From positions 1,510-65,509 of the IMG/VR virus record IMGVR_UViG_2596583540_000001: a stretch of 64,000 bases of DNA; one strand, 5' to 3'. The notes under the pieces are model-generated. The model was not told the origin of the DNA and made no database searches. It saw only the letters and a list, made by a program, of their open reading frames with translations. Shown in pieces: positions 36,508 through 46,758 of the stretch (its first letter is position 1; every line of letters starts with the position of its first letter). Made by a program: the position numbers and the translations under genes. The DNA comes from a virus. Taxonomy: Duplodnaviria; Caudoviricetes.

Positions 36508-37647
36508 ATGGAATTTGTTTATGACGAAATGAATCAAGATATTGTGAAATTGGCGAAGGACTTTGCCGAAAAACGGCTGTTGCCGACAGTACATGAACGG
36601 GATGAACAAGAAGTTTTTGACCGCTCCTTGGTAAACGAATTAGGAGAATTGGGAATGTTGGGAATACCCTTTCCTGAAGAATATGGCGGTGTCGGTGCTG
36701 ATTATCTGAGCATGGCAATGGCTTGCGAAGAACTCTGCAAGGTCGATGCTTCCATCGGCCTCAGCTTAGAAGTACATACGACATTATGCTCTTGGCCAAT
36801 TTACAAATTTGGCACGGAAGAACAACGACAAAAATATTTAGTACCATTGGCAAGCGGTACCAAATTAGGTGCTTTTGGCCTTACTGAACCGAATGCTGGT
36901 ACGGATGCTCTCAACGGTAGTACAACCGCGATTAAGGATGGTGATCATTACATCCTTAACGGATCCAAAATTTTTAACACCAATGGTGGCGAAGCAGAAA
37001 TCACCGTGGTTTTTGCTGTAACAGATAAATCCAAGGGTTCCAAGGGTTTAAGTGCTTTTATTGTAGAAAAAGGAACACCTGGTTTTACTTACGGTAAACA
37101 AGAAGTAAAGATGGGTATTCATGGTTCCGTACAACGTGAACTTATTTTTCAGGACATGCAGATTCCCGCAGAAAACCTACTCGGAAAGGAAGGCGAAGGT
37201 TTCAAAATTGCTATGATGACCCTCGACGGTGGTCGTGTTGGGGTCGCTTCTCAGGCACTTGGTATTGCCGAAGGCGCTTTGGATCATGCTATCAAATACT
37301 CGAAGGAACGTATCCAGTTCGGCAAACCCATTGCTAAATTCCAAGCTATCAGTTTTATGCTGGCAGATATGAAGGCTAAAGTAGAAGCAGCCCGTTGGCT
37401 AGTCTACAAGGCAGCGTATGATATGTCGACTGGTGCCAACTATACCATGTCAGCAGCTATTGCCAAAAAGGTTGCTTCAGATGTAGCGATGCAAGTTACG
37501 ACAGATGCAGTACAAATTTTTGGTGGTTATGGCTTTACCCGTGAATACCCAGTAGAACGCTATATGCGTGACGCGAAAATTACTCAGATTTATGAAGGTA
37601 CCACACAGGTACAGCAAATGGTTATTGCCGGTGCCTTGTTGAAATAA
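36508..37647 (+). CDS. Acyl-CoA dehydrogenase family flavoprotein
   Basis: FGLTEPNAGTD, LNGSKIF, RDAKITQIYEGT. Confidence 0.95.
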   Translation: MEFVYDEMNQDIVKLAKDFAEKRLLPTVHERDEQEVFDRSLVNELGELGMLGIPFPEEYGGVGADYLSMAMACEELCKVDASIGLSLEVHTTLCSWPIYKFGTEEQRQKYLVPLASGTKLGAFGLTEPNAGTDALNGSTTAIKDGDHYILNGSKIFNTNGGEAEITVVFAVTDKSKGSKGLSAFIVEKGTPGFTYGKQEVKMGIHGSVQRELIFQDMQIPAENLLGKEGEGFKIAMMTLDGGRVGVASQALGIAEGALDHAIKYSKERIQFGKPIAKFQAISFMLADMKAKVEAARWLVYKAAYDMSTGANYTMSAAIAKKVASDVAMQVTTDAVQIFGGYGFTREYPVERYMRDAKITQIYEGTTQVQQMVIAGALLK

Positions 37648-37772
37648 TCCTCCAAAGTAAGAAATGTATTTGTCTATAAACTGTGCAGGCAAATACATTT
37701 CTTATAAAAAAACTTTGTGAAAAATATAACAATGATGTTTTGATTACCTATCATTATCGAGGAGGTTATGGA

Positions 37773-38957
37773 ATGAAACTTTTAGACGGTATTAAAATAC
37801 TTGATTTATCAACAGGTCTCGCCCCTGCTTTGGCAACAAAATACTTAGCTGCCTTTGGTGCTGAAGTCATAAAGGTGGAAAAACCCGGTGCCGGTGATAT
37901 GACACGGAAATGGGAACCACTGAAAGACGGACGGAGTCTATATTTCAATTATCTAAATGGCGGTAAGAAGTCTGTAGCGTTGGATATTGCTTCCGGAGTA
38001 GGAAATGCAATTATTCTGGAATTGGTCAAAAAAATTGATGTTTTTGTAGAAAGCTTCCAACCCGGTTACATGGAAACTATCGGACTGAGTTATGAAATTT
38101 TGCAGGATATCAATCCAGATTTAATTTACGTGCAATATTCTACGTTTGGTGACAACGGCCCCGACAAGAACCGCCCGGGCTCTAGTCTTGTGGCCCAGGC
38201 CAAGAGCGTAGCCATGGACATGACCGGTGTCATTGGACAGGAACCCATCAAATTGGAACCTTCTGTTGGAGAACACTATGCTTCCGGCAACCTAGCTGCC
38301 GGAATTATGCTGGCTTTAATCAACAGGGAACGCCATGGCGGCGGACAAAAGTTAGATGTTTCTCTCGTCGATTCACTGTTCAACTGTATTGAAGCAGCAC
38401 CGGCAGCTTATTCGACAGTCGGAGAAATCCATACGCGTAAGGGTAATTTTGACCCGTCCTGTGCTCCTTATGATACGTTCAAGACAAAAGACGGTTTCAT
38501 CGCTATCGGCATTGCCACCGATGCCCAATGGTTCAAATTTTGTGATGCCCTGGAACTGAAACATTTGAAAGAAGATTCGCGTTTCCAGACCAACGAAGGT
38601 CGTGTCGATGATTATCTCAACAAGTTGCGTCCCCTTGTAGAAAAGGAAACCATGATTTACACGAAAAGTGAAATCGAAGAAAAATGCCGCGTCGAAGGCA
38701 TTCCCTGCAGCGCCGTTTTTGATATCAGTGAAATCATGTCTCACCCAAATACGAAAGCTAATCATTTCATGTGTGAATTGGAAAGCAAACAGTTCGGACA
38801 GATGTGTGTACCCAACCTGCCTTTTGAATTAGGTAGAAGCACAGCAGAAATTTCCTGTGATGGCCCGGAACTTGGGGCAAACACAGAAGAAGTATTGGAC
38901 GGCCTCGGCTATACAGCAGATGCCATTAAAGAATTTGTTGAAAATCAACATTGTTAG
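37773..38957 (+). CDS. Family III (CaiB/BaiF) CoA-transferase, subunit with Glu at the catalytic Asp position
   Basis: GAEVIKVEKP, NGGKKS; PSVGEHYASG. Confidence 0.9.
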   Translation: MKLLDGIKILDLSTGLAPALATKYLAAFGAEVIKVEKPGAGDMTRKWEPLKDGRSLYFNYLNGGKKSVALDIASGVGNAIILELVKKIDVFVESFQPGYMETIGLSYEILQDINPDLIYVQYSTFGDNGPDKNRPGSSLVAQAKSVAMDMTGVIGQEPIKLEPSVGEHYASGNLAAGIMLALINRERHGGGQKLDVSLVDSLFNCIEAAPAAYSTVGEIHTRKGNFDPSCAPYDTFKTKDGFIAIGIATDAQWFKFCDALELKHLKEDSRFQTNEGRVDDYLNKLRPLVEKETMIYTKSEIEEKCRVEGIPCSAVFDISEIMSHPNTKANHFMCELESKQFGQMCVPNLPFELGRSTAEISCDGPELGANTEEVLDGLGYTADAIKEFVENQHC

Positions 38958-38967
38958 GAGGATACCT

Positions 38968-40146
38968 ATGAAATTATTAGAAGGAGTAAAAGTCATCGAC
39001 TTTACACATGCCTATGCAGGTCCATACTGTTCACTCGAATTAGGAGACTTCGGTGCTGAAGTTATTAAAATAGAACGACCCGATACAGGCGATCAAGCTC
39101 GTCTTTGGGGACCATTCAAAAATTGCTATAGTGCTTACTATTCTTCCTTTAACAGAGGAAAACGAAGCTTGACATTGAATCTTACTTCAAAAGAAGGCAA
39201 GAATATCGTATTCGACTTGGTCAGAAATGCAGACATTGTCATTTCTAATTTTAAGAGCGGTACCTTAGAAAAATACGGTCTCGGCTATGATGAACTCAAA
39301 CAAGTTAATCCTGAAGTCATCTTTGCAGCTATCAACGGCTTTGGCCGCTTTGGTAAATATGCTAAATTTGCAGCTTATGACAATGTTATTCAGGCCATGG
39401 CCGGCATTATGGACATGACCGGCTTCCCCGACAAGACACCGACAAAAATCGGACCAGCTATCGGCGATAGCTACAGTGGTTTAATGTTGTTGGTCGGTGT
39501 TCTATTGGCGTATTATAACAAACTCAAGACCGGCAAGGGCCAGCGTGTCGACGTTTCTATGCTGGGCTCGCTTGTTTCTATGGCAGAATATCCGGTTCTG
39601 GAATATGCTAATTTCGCAAAAAAGATTTCCCGTATCGGTAATGTGAACCCCTACTACGCGCCGGGCGATATCTATAAATGTGCTGATGGTTACATCGCCA
39701 TTTCTGTAAAGAAGGAAGTCATGTGGATGCCCTTCTGCGAAGCTTTGAATCTTACCATCGCCAATGATAACCGGTTTGTTACGAATGATCGGCGCCTGGC
39801 TAATGTAGCAGAGCTGAAGAAAATCATTGAAACGGCCATTGAAGACAAAACACGTCGTGAAATTGTGGACCTACTGACTCCGGCAGGCATTGCCGCAGCA
39901 GGTGTCATCAATATTGCCGAATCCTTTGAAGACTCCCAACTAAAAGCTCGTGATATGGTCATCAGCTTGAAAGATCCTGGACTCGGACCGATCAAACTGG
40001 TTGGCAATCCTATCAAGCTTTCCAAAAATCCACCGGTAACAAATATTCCTTCACCGCTGTTAGGTGAACATACGGATGAAGTGTTGCGAGAATTAGGCTA
40101 TACTGATGCGGAGTTAGTCGATTTCCACAGTAAAAATATTGTATAA
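38968..40146 (+). CDS. Family III (CaiB/BaiF) CoA-transferase
   Basis: GAEVIKIERP, NRGKRS, YDNVIQA, GPAIGDSYSG. Confidence 0.95.
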   Translation: MKLLEGVKVIDFTHAYAGPYCSLELGDFGAEVIKIERPDTGDQARLWGPFKNCYSAYYSSFNRGKRSLTLNLTSKEGKNIVFDLVRNADIVISNFKSGTLEKYGLGYDELKQVNPEVIFAAINGFGRFGKYAKFAAYDNVIQAMAGIMDMTGFPDKTPTKIGPAIGDSYSGLMLLVGVLLAYYNKLKTGKGQRVDVSMLGSLVSMAEYPVLEYANFAKKISRIGNVNPYYAPGDIYKCADGYIAISVKKEVMWMPFCEALNLTIANDNRFVTNDRRLANVAELKKIIETAIEDKTRREIVDLLTPAGIAAAGVINIAESFEDSQLKARDMVISLKDPGLGPIKLVGNPIKLSKNPPVTNIPSPLLGEHTDEVLRELGYTDAELVDFHSKNIV

Positions 40147-40159
40147 GGAGATGAAATTA

Positions 40160-41728
40160 ATGAAAAACACAAAGGGTAATATAGACTATGCATTAATGCT
40201 TCCGGCAATTCTTGTTACGTTGCTGATCTCCCTGCCACTCGTACTCTTTAAAGAAGAAGGTGCGGACATCGTCAATGCACTTTTTAAGGGTGTTACGGGA
40301 AACTTTAAGTTTATCTTCCTGCTTTATGGTTTTTTCTGTGTCACGTTTCTGCTCTGGCTCGGTCTGAGCAAATGGGGTAGTATCAAATTTGGAGGACCTG
40401 ATGACAAACCGGAATTCTCTACATATAAATGGGGCATCATGATGTTCTGCGCCGGCATCGGTATTGCTATCGCTCGCTGGGCCTTTATTGAACCTGCCTA
40501 TTATATAAGTGCCCCCCCCCTCGGAATCTTGCCGAACAGCACGGATGCCGCCGAATGGGCCGGTATGCTTGGTCAGTTCCATTGGGGCATTACCCCGTGG
40601 GCTATTTATGCCTTACCGGCCTTTCCCATTGCTTATGCACTCCATGTCAAGAAGTTGCGAACGTTGCGTTTCAGCACGGCCTGCAAGGGAGTACTTGGTT
40701 CCAAAGCTGACGGTATTATTGGTAAAATTATTGACATCCTAGTTATTTTCGGCATGATTGGTGGTGTTGGAACATCGTTAGGTCTGGCTGTACCACTCGT
40801 ATCTGCTTTGGTCGCCCATTTCATGGGCTTGGAACAGAGCCTGTATCTGCAGCTAGTAGTCCTTGTTGCTTTTGTGGCTCTCGTTTGTGTCACGGTCTTC
40901 TTTGGACTGAAGAAAGGTATTTCCAAGCTTTACGACATTAAGACATATTTGGCTTATTTTCTGTTAGCCTTTGTCTTCATCGCCGGGCCGACTATCTTTA
41001 TTCTCAACACCTGGGTCAACAGCATCGGCCTCATGGCCACGAACTTTATTCGCATGAGTCTTTTTACCGATCCCATTGCTCATACGGGATTTACCGAAAG
41101 CTGGACCGTTTTTTATTGGGCTTGGTGGATTGCTTACTCACCGATGATGGGACTCTTCGTAGCCCAGATTTCCAAGGGACGTACAATCAGGGAATTAGTT
41201 TTCGGTGAACTCTTTTTCGGTAGCCTGGGTTGCTGGGTATTCTTCGCTGTCTGGGGTGGTTATTCCATCAATCTCCAGATTACGGATGTCTTAAACATCT
41301 CTCAGATTGTTAAAACCATGACACCAGATGGCACTATCGTTGCTATCTTGGGCACCTTGCCAATGGCAGAAACGTTAATCATTCCGGTATTTGCTGTCAT
41401 GTGCTTGGTTTTTCTGAGTGGCACGATCAGTTCCTCTGCGTATACACTATCTTCTCAGGTATCCAAGGATATCGGTAGTAGTGAAGAACCAAATAACAAA
41501 GTCAGCACTCTTTGGGCTATCTTGCTCGGCGTTTACGCCGCTGGCTTGCTCACTACCGGCGGATTACAGTCCGTACAGCTGTCCTCAATTATCTTGGCAT
41601 TACCGTTGATTGCAGTTATGGTAATGATGGTACTGTCCTTTATGAAATGGCTTCACGAAGACTATGGTGAAATCTTGGATACAAAGAAAGTAGCTGCAAA
41701 GAGCGAAGACATCAAACCTGTGGAATAA
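40160..41728 (+). CDS. BCCT family (betaine/carnitine/choline) transporter
   Basis: PEFS..W..MMFCAGIG, FHWG, WTVFYWAWW, ISKGRTIRE. Confidence 0.95.
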   Translation: MKNTKGNIDYALMLPAILVTLLISLPLVLFKEEGADIVNALFKGVTGNFKFIFLLYGFFCVTFLLWLGLSKWGSIKFGGPDDKPEFSTYKWGIMMFCAGIGIAIARWAFIEPAYYISAPPLGILPNSTDAAEWAGMLGQFHWGITPWAIYALPAFPIAYALHVKKLRTLRFSTACKGVLGSKADGIIGKIIDILVIFGMIGGVGTSLGLAVPLVSALVAHFMGLEQSLYLQLVVLVAFVALVCVTVFFGLKKGISKLYDIKTYLAYFLLAFVFIAGPTIFILNTWVNSIGLMATNFIRMSLFTDPIAHTGFTESWTVFYWAWWIAYSPMMGLFVAQISKGRTIRELVFGELFFGSLGCWVFFAVWGGYSINLQITDVLNISQIVKTMTPDGTIVAILGTLPMAETLIIPVFAVMCLVFLSGTISSSAYTLSSQVSKDIGSSEEPNNKVSTLWAILLGVYAAGLLTTGGLQSVQLSSIILALPLIAVMVMMVLSFMKWLHEDYGEILDTKKVAAKSEDIKPVE

Positions 41729-41754
41729 AAACGAAACATGTCATGAACGCATGA

Positions 41755-41792
41755 AAAAAGAAGCCTTATCTGTACAAATAGGCTTCTTTTTT
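41755..41792. terminator. Bidirectional terminator
   Basis: AAAAAAGAAGCCT...AGGCTTCTTTTTT between convergent genes. Confidence 0.8.
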
Positions 41793-41793
41793 G

Positions 41794-43149
41794 TTATTCA
41801 GTATCCTTGATATATTTCTTGATGAGACGGTAAGCCTTTGGTTGACTGATTTTCAGGGCCTTGGCTACATGAGTACTGGTTTGGTATTTGTTGTAAGCAT
41901 CATGGATGATTCGGCTTTCGTAATCGGCTAGTAAATCGTCAAGCGATGTATCTTCTTTAACTATTTGCTCCGTAGAAAAAAATTTAAAAAGATTCTTTGG
42001 CAAGTCTTGGGGTAGTAACTCATGGCTATCTGTAGACAGGACTACCATTTTTTGGATGATATGATCCAGCTCGCGTATATTACCCGGCCAAGAATAATTC
42101 ATCAGCACGCTGAGTGTTTCCTCCGTAATAAGTTGATTGCGTTTAAATTTCTTATTGTATTTATTCAGGAAAAAATAGGACAACGCCTTAATGTCATCGG
42201 GTCTTTCCCGGAGTGGTGGCAGGACGATTTCAAAAGCATTCAGGCGGTAATAAAGATCCTGACGGAAATTCTTTGTCGCAACTAGTTTTTGAAGATTGCA
42301 ATTGGTAGCAGCAATAATTTTGACATTGACGGTGACCGGCTTATGTCCACCCACGGGGATAAATTCCTGATCCTGCAGGACTTGTAGGAACTTGCTTTGC
42401 AATTCCATGGGAATCTCCGATACTTCATCCATGAACAGGGTACCACCATCGGCGATTTCCAACAGACCCTTTTTTCCTTGTTTGTCAGCTCCAGTAAAAG
42501 AACCAGACTTGTAACCGAACAGCTCCGACTCTATGAGGTTCGGATTGATACAGGCACAATTTAGGCTGACAAACGGTTTATCCTTGCGGAGACTGATGTT
42601 ATGCATATATTTGGCTAACAAGCTCTTACCAGTACCGGTTTCACCCATGATCAGGCAGGGCATATCGTAAGCCGCCAATTGTCCGACCATGGACATGATT
42701 TTTTCCATGACTTTACTACTGTAAATATAGTCACCCTTTGAAGTTTTAGGATAAGTAACATCAATGGATTTCTTTTCGCTATCATTTAACTCGTTGATAG
42801 TATACAAGTCATTGACGTTCATGACTACATATTGGATATTTTTATCTTTATCCATGATGGGAACAGAAATAGTAATAATGTCGGCGCCAAGATTCGTGAT
42901 CTGTCGGCGGGTTATAGTTTTTTTCTCTCTGTACACTATAGGCAGTGTGGAATTACCCCAAAAAGTGTTATCTAACACGGAAAAATTCTGGCCGATAAAA
43001 TGTTCCGGCGGCAGTCCGTAGTGACGGAGACTAGCTTTGTTGAGATAAACTAATTTGTAGTTGTTATCAAAAATCATGATTTCGTCATGGAGATTATCAA
43101 TGAGATTTTTGAAAGTTTTCAAATCCCAATCTGTAGTATTTTTTGTCAT
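41794..43149 (-). CDS. PAS-domain sigma54 enhancer-binding protein
   Basis: GETGTGKS, ESELFG..GSFTGA, FRQDLYYRLN, WPGNIREL, C-terminal HTH. Confidence 0.95.
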   Translation of the reverse strand: MTKNTTDWDLKTFKNLIDNLHDEIMIFDNNYKLVYLNKASLRHYGLPPEHFIGQNFSVLDNTFWGNSTLPIVYREKKTITRRQITNLGADIITISVPIMDKDKNIQYVVMNVNDLYTINELNDSEKKSIDVTYPKTSKGDYIYSSKVMEKIMSMVGQLAAYDMPCLIMGETGTGKSLLAKYMHNISLRKDKPFVSLNCACINPNLIESELFGYKSGSFTGADKQGKKGLLEIADGGTLFMDEVSEIPMELQSKFLQVLQDQEFIPVGGHKPVTVNVKIIAATNCNLQKLVATKNFRQDLYYRLNAFEIVLPPLRERPDDIKALSYFFLNKYNKKFKRNQLITEETLSVLMNYSWPGNIRELDHIIQKMVVLSTDSHELLPQDLPKNLFKFFSTEQIVKEDTSLDDLLADYESRIIHDAYNKYQTSTHVAKALKISQPKAYRLIKKYIKDTE

Positions 43150-43630
43150 GCTCAAACAACCCTTCCGCAACAATTTCTGTATGTTTTTATTATATCATAT
43201 GGGCCACGGTCTCGCAGTATCTTTTTGACGGCTCGATCAGGTACTAGTGCAAATGTTATTACATTTTAGATTAAGCTATAAAATTATTTCCATTTATATA
43301 AGTAAAACGGGTGTATCAAGATTTTTGTGTAAATAAATTTTAACAGCGCGTATCATACTGCTGCATCAATTCGCTTATATATTATTTTTTTATTCATACA
43401 AAATTCCCTATACCATTTTAATTATTATTCGATAATTGTTTATATATAAGTTATTTCTCAAAAGAATATTGGTCAACTGCTTAATTTACACTTAATAATA
43501 AACAACAAAGCGACCACCAAAAATTGATTTTAAGGTAGTCATTTTGTATTTTTCAATATTTTATATCCATAATCATACGAATTAACCTTATCCTACCAAT
43601 AAGAGTTTATTGATATTGTAGCACAACAAC

Positions 43631-44089
43631 TCACACCACATGAATCAGTCCCAAATCAATTGCAATCTCGATCGCATGGTTATCCGCCTTTTCTAGAATT
43701 TTGTAATACATTGTCCGTCCCATATTCAGCTTATTACATATTCGTCGCCAATGGCTGCCTTCATACCTCATTTTTACGGCTTTGCGACTAACATCATCCA
43801 AGCCATCATACGTAGCGTCAATTACTTTAATCCACTTTCCGGGATTATCAATCACAATTCCATTCCGAAGTGTTACAGATTTTAATTCCGTCGCTAATTT
43901 AATACCTTGCACTGCAGTAGGATCAGAAACAAAAGCCTGACTACCTGAACCATCTGTATGCCCCGCTGTACTGAGTGATTCTTCTCGCGCTTCCCGGACA
44001 GCCCGTTTAAGTACCTGTTCATGATAGAATATAAATTGTATTGTTTGTTTCTTGGGATCTTTTCGCGTCCGCTGTCCTTTTTTTATCAA
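43631..44089 (-). CDS. Putative late-gene transcriptional activator (RinA/ArpU-like)
   Basis: SDPTA motif, C-terminal HTH, last gene of the early module. Confidence 0.6.
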   Translation of the reverse strand: MIKKGQRTRKDPKKQTIQFIFYHEQVLKRAVREAREESLSTAGHTDGSGSQAFVSDPTAVQGIKLATELKSVTLRNGIVIDNPGKWIKVIDATYDGLDDVSRKAVKMRYEGSHWRRICNKLNMGRTMYYKILEKADNHAIEIAIDLGLIHVV

Positions 44090-44103
44090 GGGATATCACT
44101 CCT

Positions 44104-44277
44104 TTAGCACACATGTTTACATTTTTCTTGTAATGGGAACCATTGCCCCTTCTTGCCACAAAATGAGCAGCTATGCTTCCTGCATGCCGTATTATGACAA
44201 TCAGTACAATTACAATCCTTACACTGTTTAGATGATCCTGTTATGGTTTTAGCACTCTTTTTTATAGTATTTTTCAT
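44104..44277 (-). CDS. Small Cys-rich protein (57 aa)
   Basis: AGGAGG RBS; CKDCNCTDC..C..CSFC. Confidence 0.55.
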   Translation of the reverse strand: MKNTIKKSAKTITGSSKQCKDCNCTDCHNTACRKHSCSFCGKKGQWFPLQEKCKHVC

Positions 44278-44287
44278 TAGCTGCCTC

Positions 44288-45169
44288 CTACAATAACCCG
44301 CTTAAAATACACTGTTTATGTAATCTAACAGCCTCATGTTCTAAATCGCTGTAAGACGTACATTGTTCTATCTTTTCCTTATCAAAGGGTAACTGTATCG
44401 CTTTTCGCTTCATATACTTTTCAACATACATTTCTTTTTGCTCTATTGTCGGATCTGGGAATGAAAGCACTACATCAAACCTACGATGTACTGCACTATC
44501 CAATAAATCATCACGATTGGTAGCTGCTACAAATACAACGTCTTCAGGCAATCGGTCTAAGCTCATTAACAGACTATTAACAATATTGTTGTAAGCTCGC
44601 CCGCTTGAGGCTGTATCATCTGTCCTTGATGTACCCAACGTATCAAATTCATCCAGAAATAAAAGCCCCTGCGAAGGAATATTCTGGATTAAATTTATCA
44701 CGTTCTTTTCAGACTCCCCTAAATGCGAATCGATTAACTCATTTGTGATGGCAATATACGGTGTAATCCCTAAATATCCGGCTAAGGCAATGGCAAAACT
44801 GGTCTTACCGTTGCCCGGCGGTCCAACTAACAACACCCTGTTACTATTTGTTAATCCCTGTTCCCGGAGTTCTTTGCGATAGGACCATTCTTTACGGATG
44901 TTTTCCAAAAACTCAATGATCGTATCGTTCAGTAATAGATTATCCATGGAAACTTCTTTATAGGTCTCACAAACAAACGGTTTTAATGCCTGCGGAAGTT
45001 CAATTAATTTGCCGGTATTATTTTTATAAGAATCATATATGCGTTGTAACCGATACGCACCATTTGTATTTCCTAACTCACTGATCATTCGGTTAAATCC
45101 AATATCTATTTTTTGTTTATCTCCATCCACCAATGAGCAGATTAAATCAAATACCTGATCCTGTTTCAT
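44288..45169 (-). CDS. AAA+ ATPase
   Basis: GPPGNGKT, LFLDEFD, AATNR..LDSAVHRRFD. Confidence 0.9.
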   Translation of the reverse strand: MKQDQVFDLICSLVDGDKQKIDIGFNRMISELGNTNGAYRLQRIYDSYKNNTGKLIELPQALKPFVCETYKEVSMDNLLLNDTIIEFLENIRKEWSYRKELREQGLTNSNRVLLVGPPGNGKTSFAIALAGYLGITPYIAITNELIDSHLGESEKNVINLIQNIPSQGLLFLDEFDTLGTSRTDDTASSGRAYNNIVNSLLMSLDRLPEDVVFVAATNRDDLLDSAVHRRFDVVLSFPDPTIEQKEMYVEKYMKRKAIQLPFDKEKIEQCTSYSDLEHEAVRLHKQCILSGLL

Positions 45170-45184
45170 TTATTTACCTCTTTT

Positions 45185-45592
45185 TTATAACGGATGAATG
45201 CATTTGGAATTTCTAATAATCCCCTTATTATTTTCAATAGAACACAGCTCTTCCTCTTTTATCTTGCATCGTAAACAAAATGAACTAAGACGGATATGTT
45301 CCCATTTCCAACATCGGATCATCTGCCGTGGTCTGAATGTACCGGCTTGCTTTCTACGCCATATCTTATTCCATCCACGTTTGTGCCATTCAGCAGCCGC
45401 TCTGGATCTAGCAATATTTAATGCACTTACACGTTCCAAACAATCATCATACTGTAAATCAGTACATGTCCGTTTATTACATTTTCTAGCAGCGAATTCA
45501 CATTTACGGCCAAACTTCTTAAAAAAATGCTTCTTGCAAATACTCCATTTATCTTTTCTAATGATATATTCATCTATGGTTTCTTTTTTCAT
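45185..45592 (-). CDS. Hypothetical basic Cys-rich phage protein
   Basis: ORF with GGGAGG RBS. Confidence 0.5.
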   Translation of the reverse strand: MKKETIDEYIIRKDKWSICKKHFFKKFGRKCEFAARKCNKRTCTDLQYDDCLERVSALNIARSRAAAEWHKRGWNKIWRRKQAGTFRPRQMIRCWKWEHIRLSSFCLRCKIKEEELCSIENNKGIIRNSKCIHPL

Positions 45593-45625
45593 TGTTTCCC
45601 CTCCCACTAAATCAATAGGATACTC

Positions 45626-46054
45626 TTATGCCCGACGCATATTTTTAAGCACGTATGGATCAAGCGTATAGGCAATGCCATCCGTTGGCACAATTTCTAT
45701 CCCAATATCTACATGAGGATTCTGCTTGTCTATCCCTGCTATCCGGCTGTCACCAAAACCAACAACCAGTCTGTCATTTGCAAGGATCGCCGCTTTTTCC
45801 AATATGTCACACGTTGCCTGTAGCAATCCTATCAAGTCCGGCCATGACTTTCGATTTGGCATATAATACAACGCTGTCATAATGACAGGGCAGTCAATTG
45901 TATTTTCTTTATGCCTGACTTTTAATTGCCATAAAGCCGATTCTTCATATGCTGCATACTGCTTACTTTGCATCAAACTATTTTTTGTCCGCCTCATACT
46001 GTTCTTTTTAGTTATCGGACGACCTGTAATTGTAAATGTATACGGTTGATTCAC
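45626..46054 (-). CDS. RusA-like Holliday junction resolvase
   Basis: GRPITKKN, PDL......DIL....LANDR. Confidence 0.75.
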   Translation of the reverse strand: MNQPYTFTITGRPITKKNSMRRTKNSLMQSKQYAAYEESALWQLKVRHKENTIDCPVIMTALYYMPNRKSWPDLIGLLQATCDILEKAAILANDRLVVGFGDSRIAGIDKQNPHVDIGIEIVPTDGIAYTLDPYVLKNMRRA

Positions 46055-46301
46055 TTTCTAATTACTCCTTTAACTGTTATTTATATATACAAAAATTTAC
46101 TAACTATCTACTTTTCTTTTAAATATTTTGTACTATAATGGAGCCAAGCAGAGTTCCATTCATGCAAAAACTTCCAAATTATGACAAATCAAAAGTTCCA
46201 CACCTGCTAATCTTCCAATGAAACTCTGCTGTAAGACAAGATATGTGAAGACAAACCACGTATCTTGTCTTTTATTTATGTTGATGATGTATTCATCCGT
46301 T

Positions 46302-46544
46302 CTATTTAACCCCATTATTTTCACCATCCATTGGCATAGTCCATGTTCTTTTCCCCTCTGCAATAGCCTGATATATAGCATCCCGTACTTTTTCTGGATC
46401 TTTGTATTTTCCAAGCATATCAAACAGGTAATCATGTTCTAATGAATCATATCCGCAATAAGAAAATATCTCATTATTATGAATTTCAACCGCTATGCTC
46501 TTATCCAGATTTACAATGTTTCCATCTTGTGTTAAAATCCACAT
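46302..46544 (-). CDS. Hypothetical phage protein
   Basis: MWILTQDG..LGKY motif common in phage early genes. Confidence 0.65.
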   Translation of the reverse strand: MWILTQDGNIVNLDKSIAVEIHNNEIFSYCGYDSLEHDYLFDMLGKYKDPEKVRDAIYQAIAEGKRTWTMPMDGENNGVK

Positions 46545-46734
46545 TTCCCTTCACCTTCCTAGCAATATCATCATCGTTAAATAAATTTACTGCCCCGTCC
46601 TTTGTGGTAGACCATCCGCCGGTACGTCCGCAGTGGTGACATACCAGACGATATATCGTAATGCCGTTGCTACTATTTACTTCTAAACAGGCACTATACC
46701 CACATTTACAACTCGTTTTCTTTGTAGTTTTCAT
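46501..46734 (-). CDS. Lar-like zinc-finger protein
   Basis: CKCG..CHHCG..AVNLFN. Confidence 0.55.
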   Translation of the reverse strand: MKTTKKTSCKCGYSACLEVNSSNGITIYRLVCHHCGRTGGWSTTKDGAVNLFNDDDIARKVKGNVDFNTRWKHCKSG

Positions 46735-46758
46735 AATTATTTATGAGTACCACCTTTA

